Of a stretch of DNA of 62,512 bases, positions 38,697 through 52,309 are shown piece after piece. The notes beneath the pieces were generated by a model. The model did not search any database. It was given only the letters and a program-made list of their open reading frames with translations, and was not told where the DNA came from. Every line of letters starts with the position of its first letter. Position 1 is the stretch's first letter. This DNA is from Trichinella spiralis (lineage: Eukaryota), in contig NW_003526941.1 in NCBI RefSeq assembly GCF_000181795.1, forward strand, positions 4,491,218 to 4,553,729, written 5' to 3'. Position numbers and translations under genes: made by a program.

Positions 38697-41101
38697 GTCA
38701 GCAATAAGAAATCAATTACTGTTCTGACAATTAACGGCCAAGCAAACACACATATCACCACACCAAATGCAGAGGATATTGAAAATATATATATATATGT
38801 ATAAGGATTTCATTTCGTAGGTTTTTTAATATAATTCTAGTGCAATAATTTATTATTATTATTATTAGTGATTATTTGTTAGCAGTAGTAGATAGTAGGG
38901 ACGGGAATTCGGTGTTCAGCAGGAGGAGGAAAAGCGATTCTGACCCAAACAGCCCTGCCCGGACACGAACTTGTTCACACCAACAGAAGAAGCGGGTCAT
39001 TGTTTAGAAATTGTGAATGGACGAAAGTACGAAAATTGTCATTGGAGCAAAAAAAAATCTCACCGGAAATTGTAGCAAATGATGGCAACAAAAGTAAAAA
39101 AGGGGACAATTCATCGGCAATGAATAGTTTTGGTCCGATAAAAAGTCGTCCCTAACAGCTCAAATGACGCTTAAACACGAAAGCCGATCTTTGTCCACGT
39201 TCAATTTGTCACGCCCACGCTTTCCTGCTAACTAACTAATAGCCAACTTCAAGGTCTCACGGTCGATTTGATCATGAATCATTTGAATCTTTCCATTGGC
39301 AAAGGTGAAATCATCATCTCTCAGTCAGTTCAGATGAAAGAAATTCTTTTCAAAAACACAAATTTATACTATGATGAATATTTTTAAAATAGCAGCAGTA
39401 TAATGCATAAATTTCCCTTGTTCATTTTATCAAAAGGCATTACAACATTTTACATAATACACGTTGGTGTAAACTGAAATCAAATTATTAATCCATTATT
39501 CCGCTATCTATTATTTCACATGATGAAAAAGTTTAAAGGAGAAATTCATCTTCAATAAATAAATAAATAAATAAATTTAATTAATTAATAAGCTAAAAAT
39601 TCAAACAGTAATTTTATTAACGTTTGAAAATTAAAATACCATCTTCTTTACAATGGAACGTTGATTTAAAATTACTCAAATACTGTAGAATAATAAGTCG
39701 CTTACTGTAGAAATTATTTCATCCTTCATCGTTAAATTGATTAATTTTAGCAATAGACAACATGACAGGACTGTTCTAGTAGTGATCACTTGAAATGATC
39801 AACAAACGAAACATTCTTGAACAATTCTAGCTGTAAATTCATTTAAATTTCTCATTATTTTGCGCAAAAAATTACACTCTGTAGTGAAAATTGCCAAAGA
39901 AAGATTACTAAACGTAAATTATGAGCAAATATAAAAACAACCAGCAAATGATAACATTGAGCAAATGAGAAAGTTGAATTAGTCACGAGAGGATGTAGAT
40001 CAAAAAAAACACTGGAAAAATTATTTGTCATTGTCGCTCACAATCGCAATATATGTAGTGAAAATTTTACAACCAAGAACAAACGGTGGACGTTTTATCA
40101 TTTATCATGGAAAATGCATTGAAATGCAATAAAATTGATATTGGGCATTTGTATTCGATAATAATGTAAAATGTTTTTCATTAGAAAAGAAGAATGACGC
40201 GTTGGAAACATTCGAATCATTGAAACGTTTATAACAATGTAAGATTTTGAAACAAATTTCTTTTCACCTTTGCAACTTAGCATATAATTCAAAATATGCG
40301 CATTGGAGAAAAAAAAATTTTTTTTTTTGAAAAATGAACTTCAATACTGGAACGTGAGAACTTGCAGAAATTGTTGTAATTGTACATGCATGTTGTTGTT
40401 GTTGTCGATTATATATATTCCTTTCAAAATTAACTACATTATGTGTAAAATGGTTGAAGATTTAACAAAGGTTTCAGATGTTAGACGAAATGCTAGTTAA
40501 ATTGTTAATTCATTCGTTTCAAATAAGTCCACTTTTCCATACAGAGCCAATGGATTTAAATTTTACAACATTAATATAAAACATAGAAGATTTACGATTT
40601 TCTTCATTTACTTATTACTTGCTGAAAATATATATATACATTGAAAATTTTAAACAAACATCTATCGCATACAGATTGATAGTTTTTCAATTCTGAAGAC
40701 AATTTTTCACACAACGAACTATGCTGCTTCAATTAAAAAATAAATAAGAAAACAAATTTCTTTACAAATAAAGGTAAAAAATTTGCATTGTACAATAATT
40801 ATACCGTACTCAAGTGGGTGTAGGAAGTACGGACAATTTCACCATTTCACCAACAGCGATAAACATGCCACTCCTCCCATCCGTAGTGGAACAGTTTAAA
40901 AATTCCAACAAATTTACCTTTGTCAAGACAGAGAAAAGTGCCAATTTTGAATAAATAATGAAATAAATCAAAAAGTTTATCCATGTGAAAAATTTCTTGA
41001 ACATAAAAAATCATATCATCATAGTGTATAAAACGACATATTGTAATTTCATATTTTTTCTTAAATCTATTCAATTAAAAATGTCGCTGTGCCTGTTTCA
41101 G

Positions 41102-41234
41102 GTGGCGGCAGAAGACATGCATGCCGCCTACGCTATGAAACCTGAAGTCGATGACGGCACGAGTGCAAAAGTGAAAGAGCAAAAAACCAATTCCAATTTT
41201 CCAGTTTCAACAGAGGAAATCATGGATACAAAAC
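41102..41234 (+). CDS. Candidate internal upstream exon of Pax2/5/8
   Basis: Strong TTTCAG acceptor and GTAAGT donor. Open frame VAAEDMHAAYAMKPEVDD...IMDTK ends in phase 1, in frame with the paired-box exon. Confidence 0.55.
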
Positions 41235-44174
41235 GTAAGTAATGCATTACACACATATTTCATTTTCGACCAACGCGATGTGGAAAATTTTTTTTTAAAA
41301 CTACAGTCCACCATGATACATATATATATATAATGATCAGTTTCCAAAAGGACGGACCAAAATCTACTTCCTTAACCCCTTTACAAGTTGTATATGAATA
41401 AAGGACCAATTCATTGCCAATCAAATCAACAATCAGTAGAAATTCATCAATAATTAATTCAACTGCTCTTTCTCTCATTCGAGCAAAGCAGAGCAGCATG
41501 CAATTACTATCAGTAAATGAATGAACCACAGATCAGCAAAGAATATTCTTTACAAAAGAACATCAAATCACAGTCAGTACTCGTATCTAAATAAGCAAAT
41601 AAATAAACCAATCTGGGTGTCATTGTATGTTGCTTAAACAATACATTTTTTCTATTTTTCATCATCTACTGAATACAGGTTCCGTTTGTAAAGATGAAAT
41701 TAGTCATTTACAATTAAAATTATTCATTCATCTACGCATGAGTATGGTGATGCTCTAAATAAACAATTTAATTTCTCTTTCATTAATTGAAATGTGAAAA
41801 GCATATTTCCTATGCAAATTTATTCACACATAGAACCGACGGAGAAATGGTAAAGGAAAAATCTGCATGCTTCTGAATATCTGCAGTGAGATGAAATTAA
41901 TTATTTTCAGTTAGCAATTCTTATTGTTGTTGTTGTTGTGTTGCTGTCATGTTGTTGAACAAATTAACCAGAACTGCAGGCCAGGAAGAGGTAACTTTTT
42001 TCATCAATTATTAAATTTCTACCAGTGAGCATTTTAAACCGACCTGCAAGCGACAGTGAGAAATATCCAAATGTACACATCGATCGTAGTAGTAGTAGTA
42101 GTAGGTAGGATCGTAGGAACCAGTCCATCAAACCATTTTCAGAACAATGAAAAATTGGACAACAACAGTGAATGAATTCACCAATCTCGACTGACCGGTC
42201 CTAGTGAAAATCGATCGAGCACAATAATCAAGCTAGCTAACTTTTAGCTAACGTTCTGTCATTATTCCTGATCCAGACAAAGATTAGGTGGAAACGTCCA
42301 TTCTTTTCCGCATATTTAAATATTTCAATTTTTCGACGATTCAAAAGCAAATGATGGAATTTCTTTTCTTTTCTTTTTTCCCATATTTCAAATTATTTTC
42401 ATTCAATATTTTCACACTGTAAATGGTAGATGTTCTTCTCTTCAAACAATTTCTGTGCAATTGCAATCGTCCGTGAATTTCTCACTGAAGCATGCAACCG
42501 TTATTATTCATAGTATTGAAATAGTAAAATAGCGTTGAAATGAATTAATAAAACGCTTCGTGAATATTCAAATGCACCATGCATTGTGAGTGGAATTAAA
42601 ATAACTAATTTTCCCTTATCAAACAACTCGAGTAGTGATTATAAAATTTCTGCTCAAAAATTATCACCATTTGTTGAAAAATATGCATTTCACATGCACC
42701 ATTCTGTACTGTCGAATGTTGTTGTCAATCATCATTATCAATAGCTTGCCGGAAAACTGACCACCCCACCAATATTCACCAGGGATGCAGAACTGTTTCA
42801 CACGTTCTTTCCATTGAAATTAAACTCTTACAAACGAGCGAATAAATAAGAAATATAACACCTATGAAACATTACCAAAACGTACAGTTGAAATTACCAA
42901 CAAACAGTTTGAAAAAAATCGGATGCCAATCTGAAGTTGATGATCAGTTTTATCAACGAAAGTGAGAGCAACGACGCTTGGCAAAATCAGTAACTAAGGC
43001 ACATCACCACCACCACCAAAGCGACGTAATCGACACGCTGTGGCAACCAAGCATAAAGTACCGCTTCACTATATATATATATATGTATATTGCAGGCTCA
43101 CTGCTACCCTCCTCGCACTACTTGCGTACGTACGCAACAGATCAAAACCCTTCTACAAATATTTTCCCTAATTTATGATAAACACTTTTCAAATATTACA
43201 ATTTCTACAAACAAGGTATTTGCAATATATTTACATACGATACATGAATATTATTTTTCCGTTCGCTGTAATTGTTAAGTGTAAAAAGAACATTTTTTTC
43301 ACCACGATTTTACAAAACTCTACAAACAGTAGTAATGTCCTGCTAAGATGTGTTGAACAATTTGAAATTTATTCAGTATGGATATTATTCAATTTGATAC
43401 AATTCTTTACATTACTAAATGATTGATAAATTCATTTTCAACTTTTTGAAAAATAACAACATACAAAGAGACATCAATTATATCTTCAGAATTCTATTCA
43501 TGAAAACAAAAATAGTAACAAAATTCTACCTTATATTTTTATAATGGGATTTTTCTTTCAAAAAGAGAATAATAAATTTCACATTTTCAAAGAGAGGCAA
43601 AAATGTCAAACATTTTTTGTCATCACACAGATAGGTGAATCAAACCAAGAAATGGATATGGTTTTACACTTGGTTCGCGTTTTCACTTCCGTTTTTCAAA
43701 ACTGCTAATCGTAATAGCAGGGCCCCGATTAGCTTTGCAGTGGATTTGCTGCTTGTGTGGCACGCTGATTTCGTCGAATTATATATTAGAAGAGAAAAAT
43801 TTATTTTTCCCACATTTTCTTCCTTCACTTTCATCCTTGTAATATAATTAATACATCACCCCTTCGAGAAACAACTACCAACTAACCTTTCGAATCGAGA
43901 AAAGCGAATCCGTATTATCTTTCTACATCTCAAAATATTAGCTATTTGCCCTTTTTCACAGAAATACTTGAAAACTTTCAATTTCGCACTTTCGACAACA
44001 AAACAATTCGAGTTAAAAAAAGTTTCATAAAAATATTTGCTTTTTTTGTTTGAAGGAAAGTTTATCCTGTAAGGTATAAAAGGAGTAGATATTTTAACAA
44101 CAAAATGACATAGCGAAGCTGTTCTAGCTGGACAAAATTAGACAGGAGTCGATTACGCATTTTCTCTAGTACAA

Positions 44175-44264
44175 TGACGTCAATTGATTTACAGTAAACC
44201 TTGACCAATGAGCTGATTCGATAGAGGTAGGCATGAGGCGTATATGGTCGTCACGATTGGTCAA
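44175..44264 (+). promoter_or_regulatory. Putative proximal Pax promoter: CRE, Pbx/Hox-type site and two CCAAT boxes
   Basis: TGACGTCA 44175-44182, TGATTTAC 44185-44192, TTGACCAAT 44201-44209 and its inverted copy ATTGGTCAA 44256-44264. Confidence 0.5.
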
Positions 44265-44712
44265 CAAAGCAAGCAGCATCCTTTTCCAGTTGGAACGCAT
44301 CAATCATCATAAAACACTACTAAGCTTAGAACTGTGTTTTACCGCACAGTTGGAACAGAGTATTACAACCATTTATTATTATTAGTATTACTGTTGTTGT
44401 TGTTGTTGTTGTTGTTTGGTGCTGCTGCAGTTATTATTATTATTATTATTACAATTATTACTTCACTTCTCTATTACAACGATCGTCAGTCATTATTGAT
44501 TGGATCAGAGATTTGTGGATTTTGAAAAGAAGAAAAAAAAAGAACAAAAAGAAAGATTTCATTCTTCGTTTCCTTTCTTTTCGCCTCTGTATAATTTGGT
44601 TATTTGTTTCGTTTGAACTTGCTTCCGGGTTGCTTGAAATATGAATTCGTTCTTGTTGAACGCCGCTGATTCCGCATCGACAACGTCGTCGACAAAATCA
44701 TATTCAGCCATC

Positions 44713-47700
44713 ATGGATTACGACCAATGCCGAAGTAAGTGATCAAGTCGACTTGGCTTTGCGTTTCAGCTTAGGAAGGGATGCGCTTGATTCAATTAGC
44801 CGATCACGGCCGCCCGCGTTCGGCGCTTGCTTAACAAGCGTTCACGCCGAGTCCATAACCGAATAAGCAAATCACGTTTTCGCGATAGCCACCGTTGGTC
44901 AATTGTTTTCAGCCTCCTAACGCGGCAGAAACACGACACGGCGCCTTCCGTTGCACCATTAATGACAATTGCCAGTTTCATTGCATTCATAATCATTGTT
45001 ACCGCCGACATCCGCCGGCCATTAACACTTGACAAATTGTCTCGTCGCGGGTCAATTTATTTTCACCCCAACGCACCCATTCGATTTTTAAAATAAAAAA
45101 GAACACATTACACATTCATCGCCTTGTATTAGATTTTCTTTTCGCACACGCGAGCGCACCGAGAAAAATACAGACAAATCTAGTGACATTGTATTTTACA
45201 CATTCATTTATTTATTTGTTTGTTTGTCTGTTTGCCTGCTTGCTTGTTTGTTTGCTTGCCGTTTTGTTCGCCTAAACTTAATTTTCATGCTACGATTGCC
45301 AACTTCAACATCTGCATCCACCTCTGATCATAGTGTCGATTTCAGATCTAGTTGGATAACTTTCGGTAAGCGCTTTACAAATATAATCAACACTTTATCA
45401 ACCAATAATCAACATTGAACCGAATCGTAGTGTAATAATTTGAAAAAAAACACGACATATCTTCAGTAAATACATAAATAAATAAATATATATATATATA
45501 CATCTTGTAAAACTGACAGTAATATGTGCGTGTAGAGTTGCTGAAGTATGTAGTGACTGTTGTTGTTGAAGAGGAGGTTTGATTTCAAGTCATTTTTGTT
45601 CTCTCAAAAACTTTCTCGTTCTGCTTAACAAAACCTATATAATGTCAGAAAGGAGACTGAAATAGAAAATTTTTTCTTTTTTTTTCATATTTTCCCCTTT
45701 CGTTTAACTGTTGCAAATGTATATAAATACAGCGCAGGCGGCTATTTTTCTCAACTACAAATAGAATAAAATCCGTCCCGCTTGACAAGATCTTAACAAA
45801 AACGAAAGCAAATGAAAAAATGCTTCTCCTTTTGACAAAAAAAACTTCTTTCTATAAAATAGCCAGTCGAACTGCTTGTTTTTACATCTGCTTGCTATAG
45901 TTGTTAATTTTAATATTGCAGGTCACACCGGTGTCAATCAGCTCGGTGGGGTGTTCGTCAACGGCAGACCTTTGCCGGATCATATCCGCCAAAGAATCGT
46001 CGAATTAGCCAAGTCAGGAGTCCGCCCATGCGACATCTCGCGGCAGCTTCGTGTTTCGCACGGTTGTGTTTCCAAGATTCTCGGGAGGTAAGGATGACAG
46101 TATTTTTTTCTCTTTGACTTTTGCCGATGACAAACAGCCCCATTGAACCGACGGACAACGTGCATGCAATATAATAGCTGGCAAATAATAAATGGCGCGC
46201 AAATTGCTAACAACGACAAGCCACTTGCTGACAGATGCGGCCACTTTCGACCGAGCTCTCTTAGCTGACCGACCACCCAGCTAGTGGGAAAAATGAACGT
46301 TCTTTCTTAACAAATTTGTTGCAAACACAACAATTCCAAAATGCCAGATGTATCTTTGAATCGTTGAAAATTGATTTTCTTTTTCCAAAAATTTTTGCCA
46401 AAAAAATGTTCGTTCTCACACAAAAAACACGAGAAATTAAAACAGTAAGCACAGCGACGACACACAATTCAATGGAAAGCACAAAGTTTTCACTTCAATA
46501 ATAATAATAATAATCGGCATTCTGCTGACTTTAATTTAATTCACTTAAGTGTTTGAAACGCAAATTGCAAATCGCAAAGGGACCCATTTTCACTACTATT
46601 AATCTTCACCAACCCGCTGCCAATAGCCAACATGGATGCAAAATTCTCTTTCAAAGAAAGAGTGGAACAACAAGATAAAAAAACAAACAAATAAATAAAT
46701 AACTTTCTCTCAGGTTTCATCTACATGTAGCTTTGCTCCTTCCCTTGCATTTTAGAAATCATATTATTTTTTCTGTTCAGATAGAAGATATGTCACAAAG
46801 TTAGCTTCAGGCTTTTAATCGAAATGTAAAACGACGACGGCCCTCTCTCTCGCTCTCTATCTCTGTATGCTTAAAGGCAATACAGCATGCGTTTCACGTT
46901 TTTCATTCATTGCATATTCGACGATCGTTGAAAATATCAATGTCGTCGCAAATCGTACATCGTTTAGGGTCATTTGCACTGTCCACGCATCCAATTCTGT
47001 TGGTAAACAAGCTGCCAGTGTAACACTTGTTCCCTTTCTAAGCGCAATTGTAGTCGGTTCAAGGAGGACCTTTGTCAATTGTCAATAAATGCGCAATGAA
47101 AAGCGACCAGAAGCAGAGCAATGCATCCCTTGGGTGTTTTACAAAAACTGATCTCTTGCCAGATGCTGTTGTCAATTTGCTTTCACAACCCATAATCACA
47201 TAACATTACAAAGTACTTATTGTGTACCGAAGTTATTTTTCTTTTCTTTGATATGTATATATAAAGGTTTCCTTCTGTTAAAAATTTCACTTCTGACGTA
47301 ACCAATAGTCAAATTAGAATAAAATTCACATTAAATAGAAGAAACAAAATGTGAAAAGTGAAGTGATAGGTTGAAGGAAATATCAGAGGCTGAGTCTGGA
47401 CTGGATTGGATTTCGAGTGATTCGACCTCGACCCAGGGTGACCAGAAGCAACAGTTGGTCAGCTGTGCAGTGTTACCGACTCTCGGCAGCTTTAATGTGG
47501 TTCTCGCCGACGTTAACCCCCCGCTTGGTGAAAACAACAGAACAATTGTTGACGGTCGTTTGCTTGGACTGCTTGCTTTTCCGCCTCTGCAGTTCAGTCT
47601 CATTCGACTATCTTTGCTTTGCTCAATGACCGGCCGTCATTTGCACTGAAAAGCAGTCGATTGACAACAATGCGCTTTTGCCGCCGCAATCAGTTTAATT

Positions 47701-50700
47701 GAAACACTACGAAACCCCCCCCCCCCATCCGCCTCCCCCTAATCACCCACTACAGTATCGACATAATGAGCAGGCGGTGACCGGCCAACTCGACTAACTT
47801 ACAGTACGTTAACAAAATGGCAAACATCGAATGATGAATGATGAATCCCGCAGGGTGAAAATGGTCTCTTCTACCGCGAGCCCAGCTGGACAACGATATC
47901 ACGCTGCTGGTCAAGTACTACAAGTCAACAGATGCTTGACCGGGGAAACAAAATTCAACTATCTATTATGAAGTTTAAAAGAAATTGAAAAAGAAATGGA
48001 AAAACAAAACAATTGACAATGCAATTTCATGTATTATTTGTACATTCGAATATAAATGCAAAACAATCAATCATTCATTCATGCTATATAAAATATTATT
48101 ATTATTATTATTAATTTCAGATTTTATGAAACCGGCTCGATCAAGCCAGGCGTGATTGGTGGTTCGAAACCGAAAGTGGCAACGAACAAAGTAGTTGGGG
48201 CTATTGCAAATTACAAAAAACAAAATCCGACAATGTTCGCTTGGGAAATTCGCGATCGGCTACTAGCGGACGGTATATGCGATCATGACAACGTGCCAAG
48301 CGTGAGCAGTATTAATCGAATTGTGCGCAATAAAACTGCCGAAAAGACGACCACCAATCGTCAGACCAATGATTCGTCATCCGGTGCAAGCCAAACCAAC
48401 CCGATGAAAACAGCCCGTGACCATGGAACGACCAACGTACGACCCGAGAACGGTCATTCGACAAGCACGGTCACCAACGCTGCTAGCACCCAGGCACAAC
48501 AGCACCGAGCTCTGATAAGATCCGCCACCGTCGCTGCGGCCGGCAATGGAGCCACCACAATCCCGGTTGGACCCACGCCGACTTACGTGATGAGCTATGC
48601 ACCTCAATCCACTCAGGATATTATACATTCTCGCATCGGACCCTATTCAATCAACGGACTACTTGGTATTGAATCTCAGGCATTGGTGGCGTCGGTGGCC
48701 AAAAATAATTCAGGTATCAACAAACCACGATATATTTTCAGTAAATACATAAATCTTGCAAAACTGACAGTAATATGTGTGCGTACCAGTTGCTGATGTA
48801 TGTGGTGAGATAATAATAACTTCATTTTTTCAGATATGAAAACTCAATCGGCTTTTCGTTGCGCTGCTTCAAACGATCAAAATGCAGTAAATTTGAAAAA
48901 AAATTTTTCACTTGCAAAAGAAAAAAAAACTAAATTATACGTATTGTCTTGTTTTTTTTGAATTATACAGAGAAATTATTCCATTTCAGGCTTGGATGAA
49001 CCGCGTTAAATTGGAAAATCCCTACGCAACAGTTGCCGCAGATATTGGCGCTTTGCTAACAGCCGGAAGCAACACCACTCTTTTCCCCACCGGCTGCATG
49101 ACAGCCACACCATACGGAGATCATTTCAACTTGATGGCGCCGCCGCAAACGGCAGGCATCTGTGACGGTAAAGGACTCAATGGTACCAACATCCCGGCTA
49201 CACCCGCACAACGAACCTCAGGTAAAAATCATTTTTTCTTTTTGTTTTCCAATACTCAATCATCATAAAATGTCGTCTTTTCCTCTGATTTTTCCATTGA
49301 AAACTTATAATTGAAAAAATCAATTTAAAAAAATATAAATTAATTTTTTTTTCTTAAATTTTTTCATTCCATTTCAACTGAGAATCATATTGTCAGCTTT
49401 TGAAAAATCAGAATCCTTTGTTTTTTCCATTATTTACATATTAGATGAGAAGAAGAAATGACGGGTTTTCGTTTCTTAATGAGCAGCATTTAGAGAAAAG
49501 CAGATACAGATTATACTATTATTATTCAGAAAGAAATAATCATTTGTCATCAGATTTAGTCAAGCGAAACAATCATTTCCAACACAAGCTGAAGAAAGCG
49601 AATTAATGACTTGATTAATGAATAATATAAATAACAACATCTGCTACAATTACGTTATACACGTTGAATCAAACAAACACAATTGGTGAATGAGATGATG
49701 TACGTCAAAATAAGATAGAGTTTTTGCATAAAAAAAACCTATTAATCTTTTTTCTTTTCTGAAATTCAAATAAGTTGGGTGTGGCCTTAAAAAGAGGGGA
49801 AAAAAAGGAAAAACTGCAGCAGCATTTTCACTTTTTTTTATTTTGTCAGACGCATATTTAAATTATATAAAAGCTAGTGACCAATCAGGCCAATGTCAAT
49901 GTCGAAAAAAGCTTCCGGCTCTTCGCGCATCATGCGTACTACAATGCATTTGTTGGAAAGGAGCGCGCACCAGCATTGTTAAATCGACCCCCAGCGTTTC
50001 CTGTTCATTGTTATTCACGGTCGAAACGGGTGTCATTTTGAAATTGAACCGAAAAAGGTGACAACCAGTTGTTCAACAGACAAGCAAGAAAAAGCAGCAG
50101 CAAGCTTTATTAATAATAATCGTTTCAATTTGAAATTCAAAAATAAAAAGTAAATAAATAAATATTAAAGAAAAAAAACTAGGTCAGATGCGTCACCATC
50201 ATTAGTAGCAACAAAAAGGTGTTCAACAGGGACGATTGGTGATTATTGAATTTTCTCGACGCGCAATGGCCGGATGTTTAAATAGGAAAATATTCCTTCT
50301 CCCGTTGATCGACGAACAATCAAAAACGCAATTAACCTGCTACCTATACAATAATGACAAATAGCCGATACTTTGTGCCGCATAAAATGCTAAACTAAAT
50401 CAATTCAACTTTTTCCCATTGCCTACAGATCACAAAACACAAATGTCGCCATTCATTTCTCCTTCTCACTCTCGTCATTCAATTTCGCAAACTTTTACAA
50501 CATTTTCAAACCAGTTTTCTTCCTATTCTGATATACCTCATTTTTCACTTTTAATACAGTACGTTTAATTTATCAATTTTTCAAAATGATTTTCTGTAAC
50601 ATTGCAACTCAGTTTTTGAAAATAATTTCACACAAAAAACTATATATCATTTTTGAAATCTAATCCGTTTCCTCAAAAGGCGAATTCTGACTGTACAACG

Positions 50701-50742
50701 TGATACGCGCAAGATGCAATTAAGAGAAACATTTGGAAAATA

Positions 50743-50778
<36 letters not shown>

Positions 50779-51981
50779 TTAACGTCAAATGAGCCACCAT
50801 TGCATTTAAAATTTCAGTATCAATGCACACATCAATAATCAGTATTCATTAATCAACGTACACTTAATTTTATGCCACGTAATAAGTGTGAAAAATTAAT
50901 TACTACCGTATCACTTGTAATTCATTTTTTCCAATTCACTTCTCAACTTTAGAACTGCACTTATGAATCATCAGCTAATAGAAAACCTCTTTCCACTATT
51001 CAAAGTTCCGTTCTAAGTATACACGACTAATGAAATATTGCCTCTAGTGAATAATTTGAATTTCAAATTTTCGTAATTGAACATAGAATTCTGAATTATA
51101 TTGCCAACCAATTTGTTAATTCAAACTTCAACCATGCACGATATAAAATTCGTACCTGTAATTCGTTTCAAATGAATTGTAGTCGATTGTTTGTTAATCA
51201 TTCTTCGTTGACATTTGCTTTTTGTTGATCCTCTCTTTCATCGAAATATTGTCGTCAGATAAAACAGCGTGTAACGGTCTATTTCCATATCAATTCTGTA
51301 CTTTCTACTGGAAAACAGTCAACGCATTTCATGGGTGTAAATTTTATTTTTTTTTCAATAAAACTATTACCTAACAAAGTTGCCAAGTTGTAATTTCAAG
51401 TATTGAAAAATCAATTTGACAACATTATTCCAATATCTACTTAATATTTTCCATGCTGTTCATACAGTAAACAGTAATGAAGTAACATAGTATGCAAATT
51501 TTTTAAACAAGTAATAAAAATTGTTAAAAAAAATTTCATTGTCGAATTTATTTGTAAAAATTAAACAGTTCATTTGTAAAAATTTAGGTGAAATATTGTC
51601 ATCTTCGAACACTGGTCCCGGATTTATCATTCCATCGCCAGCGGAAAACGTCGCAAAGTCCGACAAAAGTTGCAATGCAAGACCTGGCACAATGTTGAAC
51701 ACGTCCCGGATGACAATATCGCCTTTCGCTCCGTATCCTTGTGTGCCGCCGGCGAGTATGACGGCCGCAGGCTTGGTTGGAGCGTTTCCCGGTGATTATT
51801 ACAACAGTTATGGATCGTTGCCGAACAACTGCTGGTCACCAAATGTGCCCACTGGATGCAGTTCACTGATTCGTGAGAACATTTTCTTCATCTCTTGTTA
51901 GTTAAATGGGGGGAAAATGGAATTTTGATGAATGCTCATTTTTCAGCCAATCCAGCATATTACGCAAGCAACGCAAATTGA
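44713..51981 (+). CDS. Pax2/5/8: Pax2/5/8-class paired-box transcription factor (egl-38/pax-2-like), proximal isoform
   Basis: Exons 44713-44734, 45922-46087, 48121-48713, 48834-48886, 48990-49221, 51588-51872 and 51947-51981. Paired domain [19 protein letters not shown]...[44 protein letters not shown]...[12 protein letters not shown], octapeptide YSINGLLG, C-terminal PAYY. No complete homeodomain seen. Confidence 0.92.
45451..45556 (+). repeat. Dispersed ~80-100 bp element, copy 1 (Pax intron)
   Basis: Colinear with 48726-48808. Shared blocks TTCAGTAAATACATAAAT, AAAACTGACAGTAATATGTG and AGTTGCTGA-GTATGT. Confidence 0.85.
48726..48808 (+). repeat. Dispersed ~80 bp element, copy 2 (Pax intron)
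   Basis: Direct-orientation homolog of 45451-45556. Confidence 0.85.
50744..50777. repeat. (CA)n microsatellite
   Basis: Seen directly in the sequence. Confidence 0.95.
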
Positions 51982-52309
51982 ATGCGAAACTGTACATCAC
52001 ATCAACACCAACAATGAGCTGTCAAGCAGTGTTTCAAGTTTACTATCAAACCCACTTGAACGATCCTGGCGCTTTTGTATATTTCTTTCCGATTTTTTTC
52101 GCGATGATCTCTTCGTAGTTCATTAAAACACAGAGCTCAGTAGCGCTGAAAAATATGGCATCTTCGATTCGCGAAAAAAAGCATCTCGTTACCTCTTCTA
52201 TTTTGTTCGTTCGCAATTTATAAGTAAAATTCGTTCATTACGTCACGTGCAGTGAGTGGTGCGTTCGTGAAATAGAAAATAGCCAACAGTTGGAAATATT
52301 TATCAAAAA

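Noticed and set aside
32164..44525. Many 60-120 aa ORFs in the Pax upstream region
   Set aside because: Low-complexity I/F/L/K-rich translations of AT-rich DNA with no homology cues; only segments with compatible splice sites were kept.
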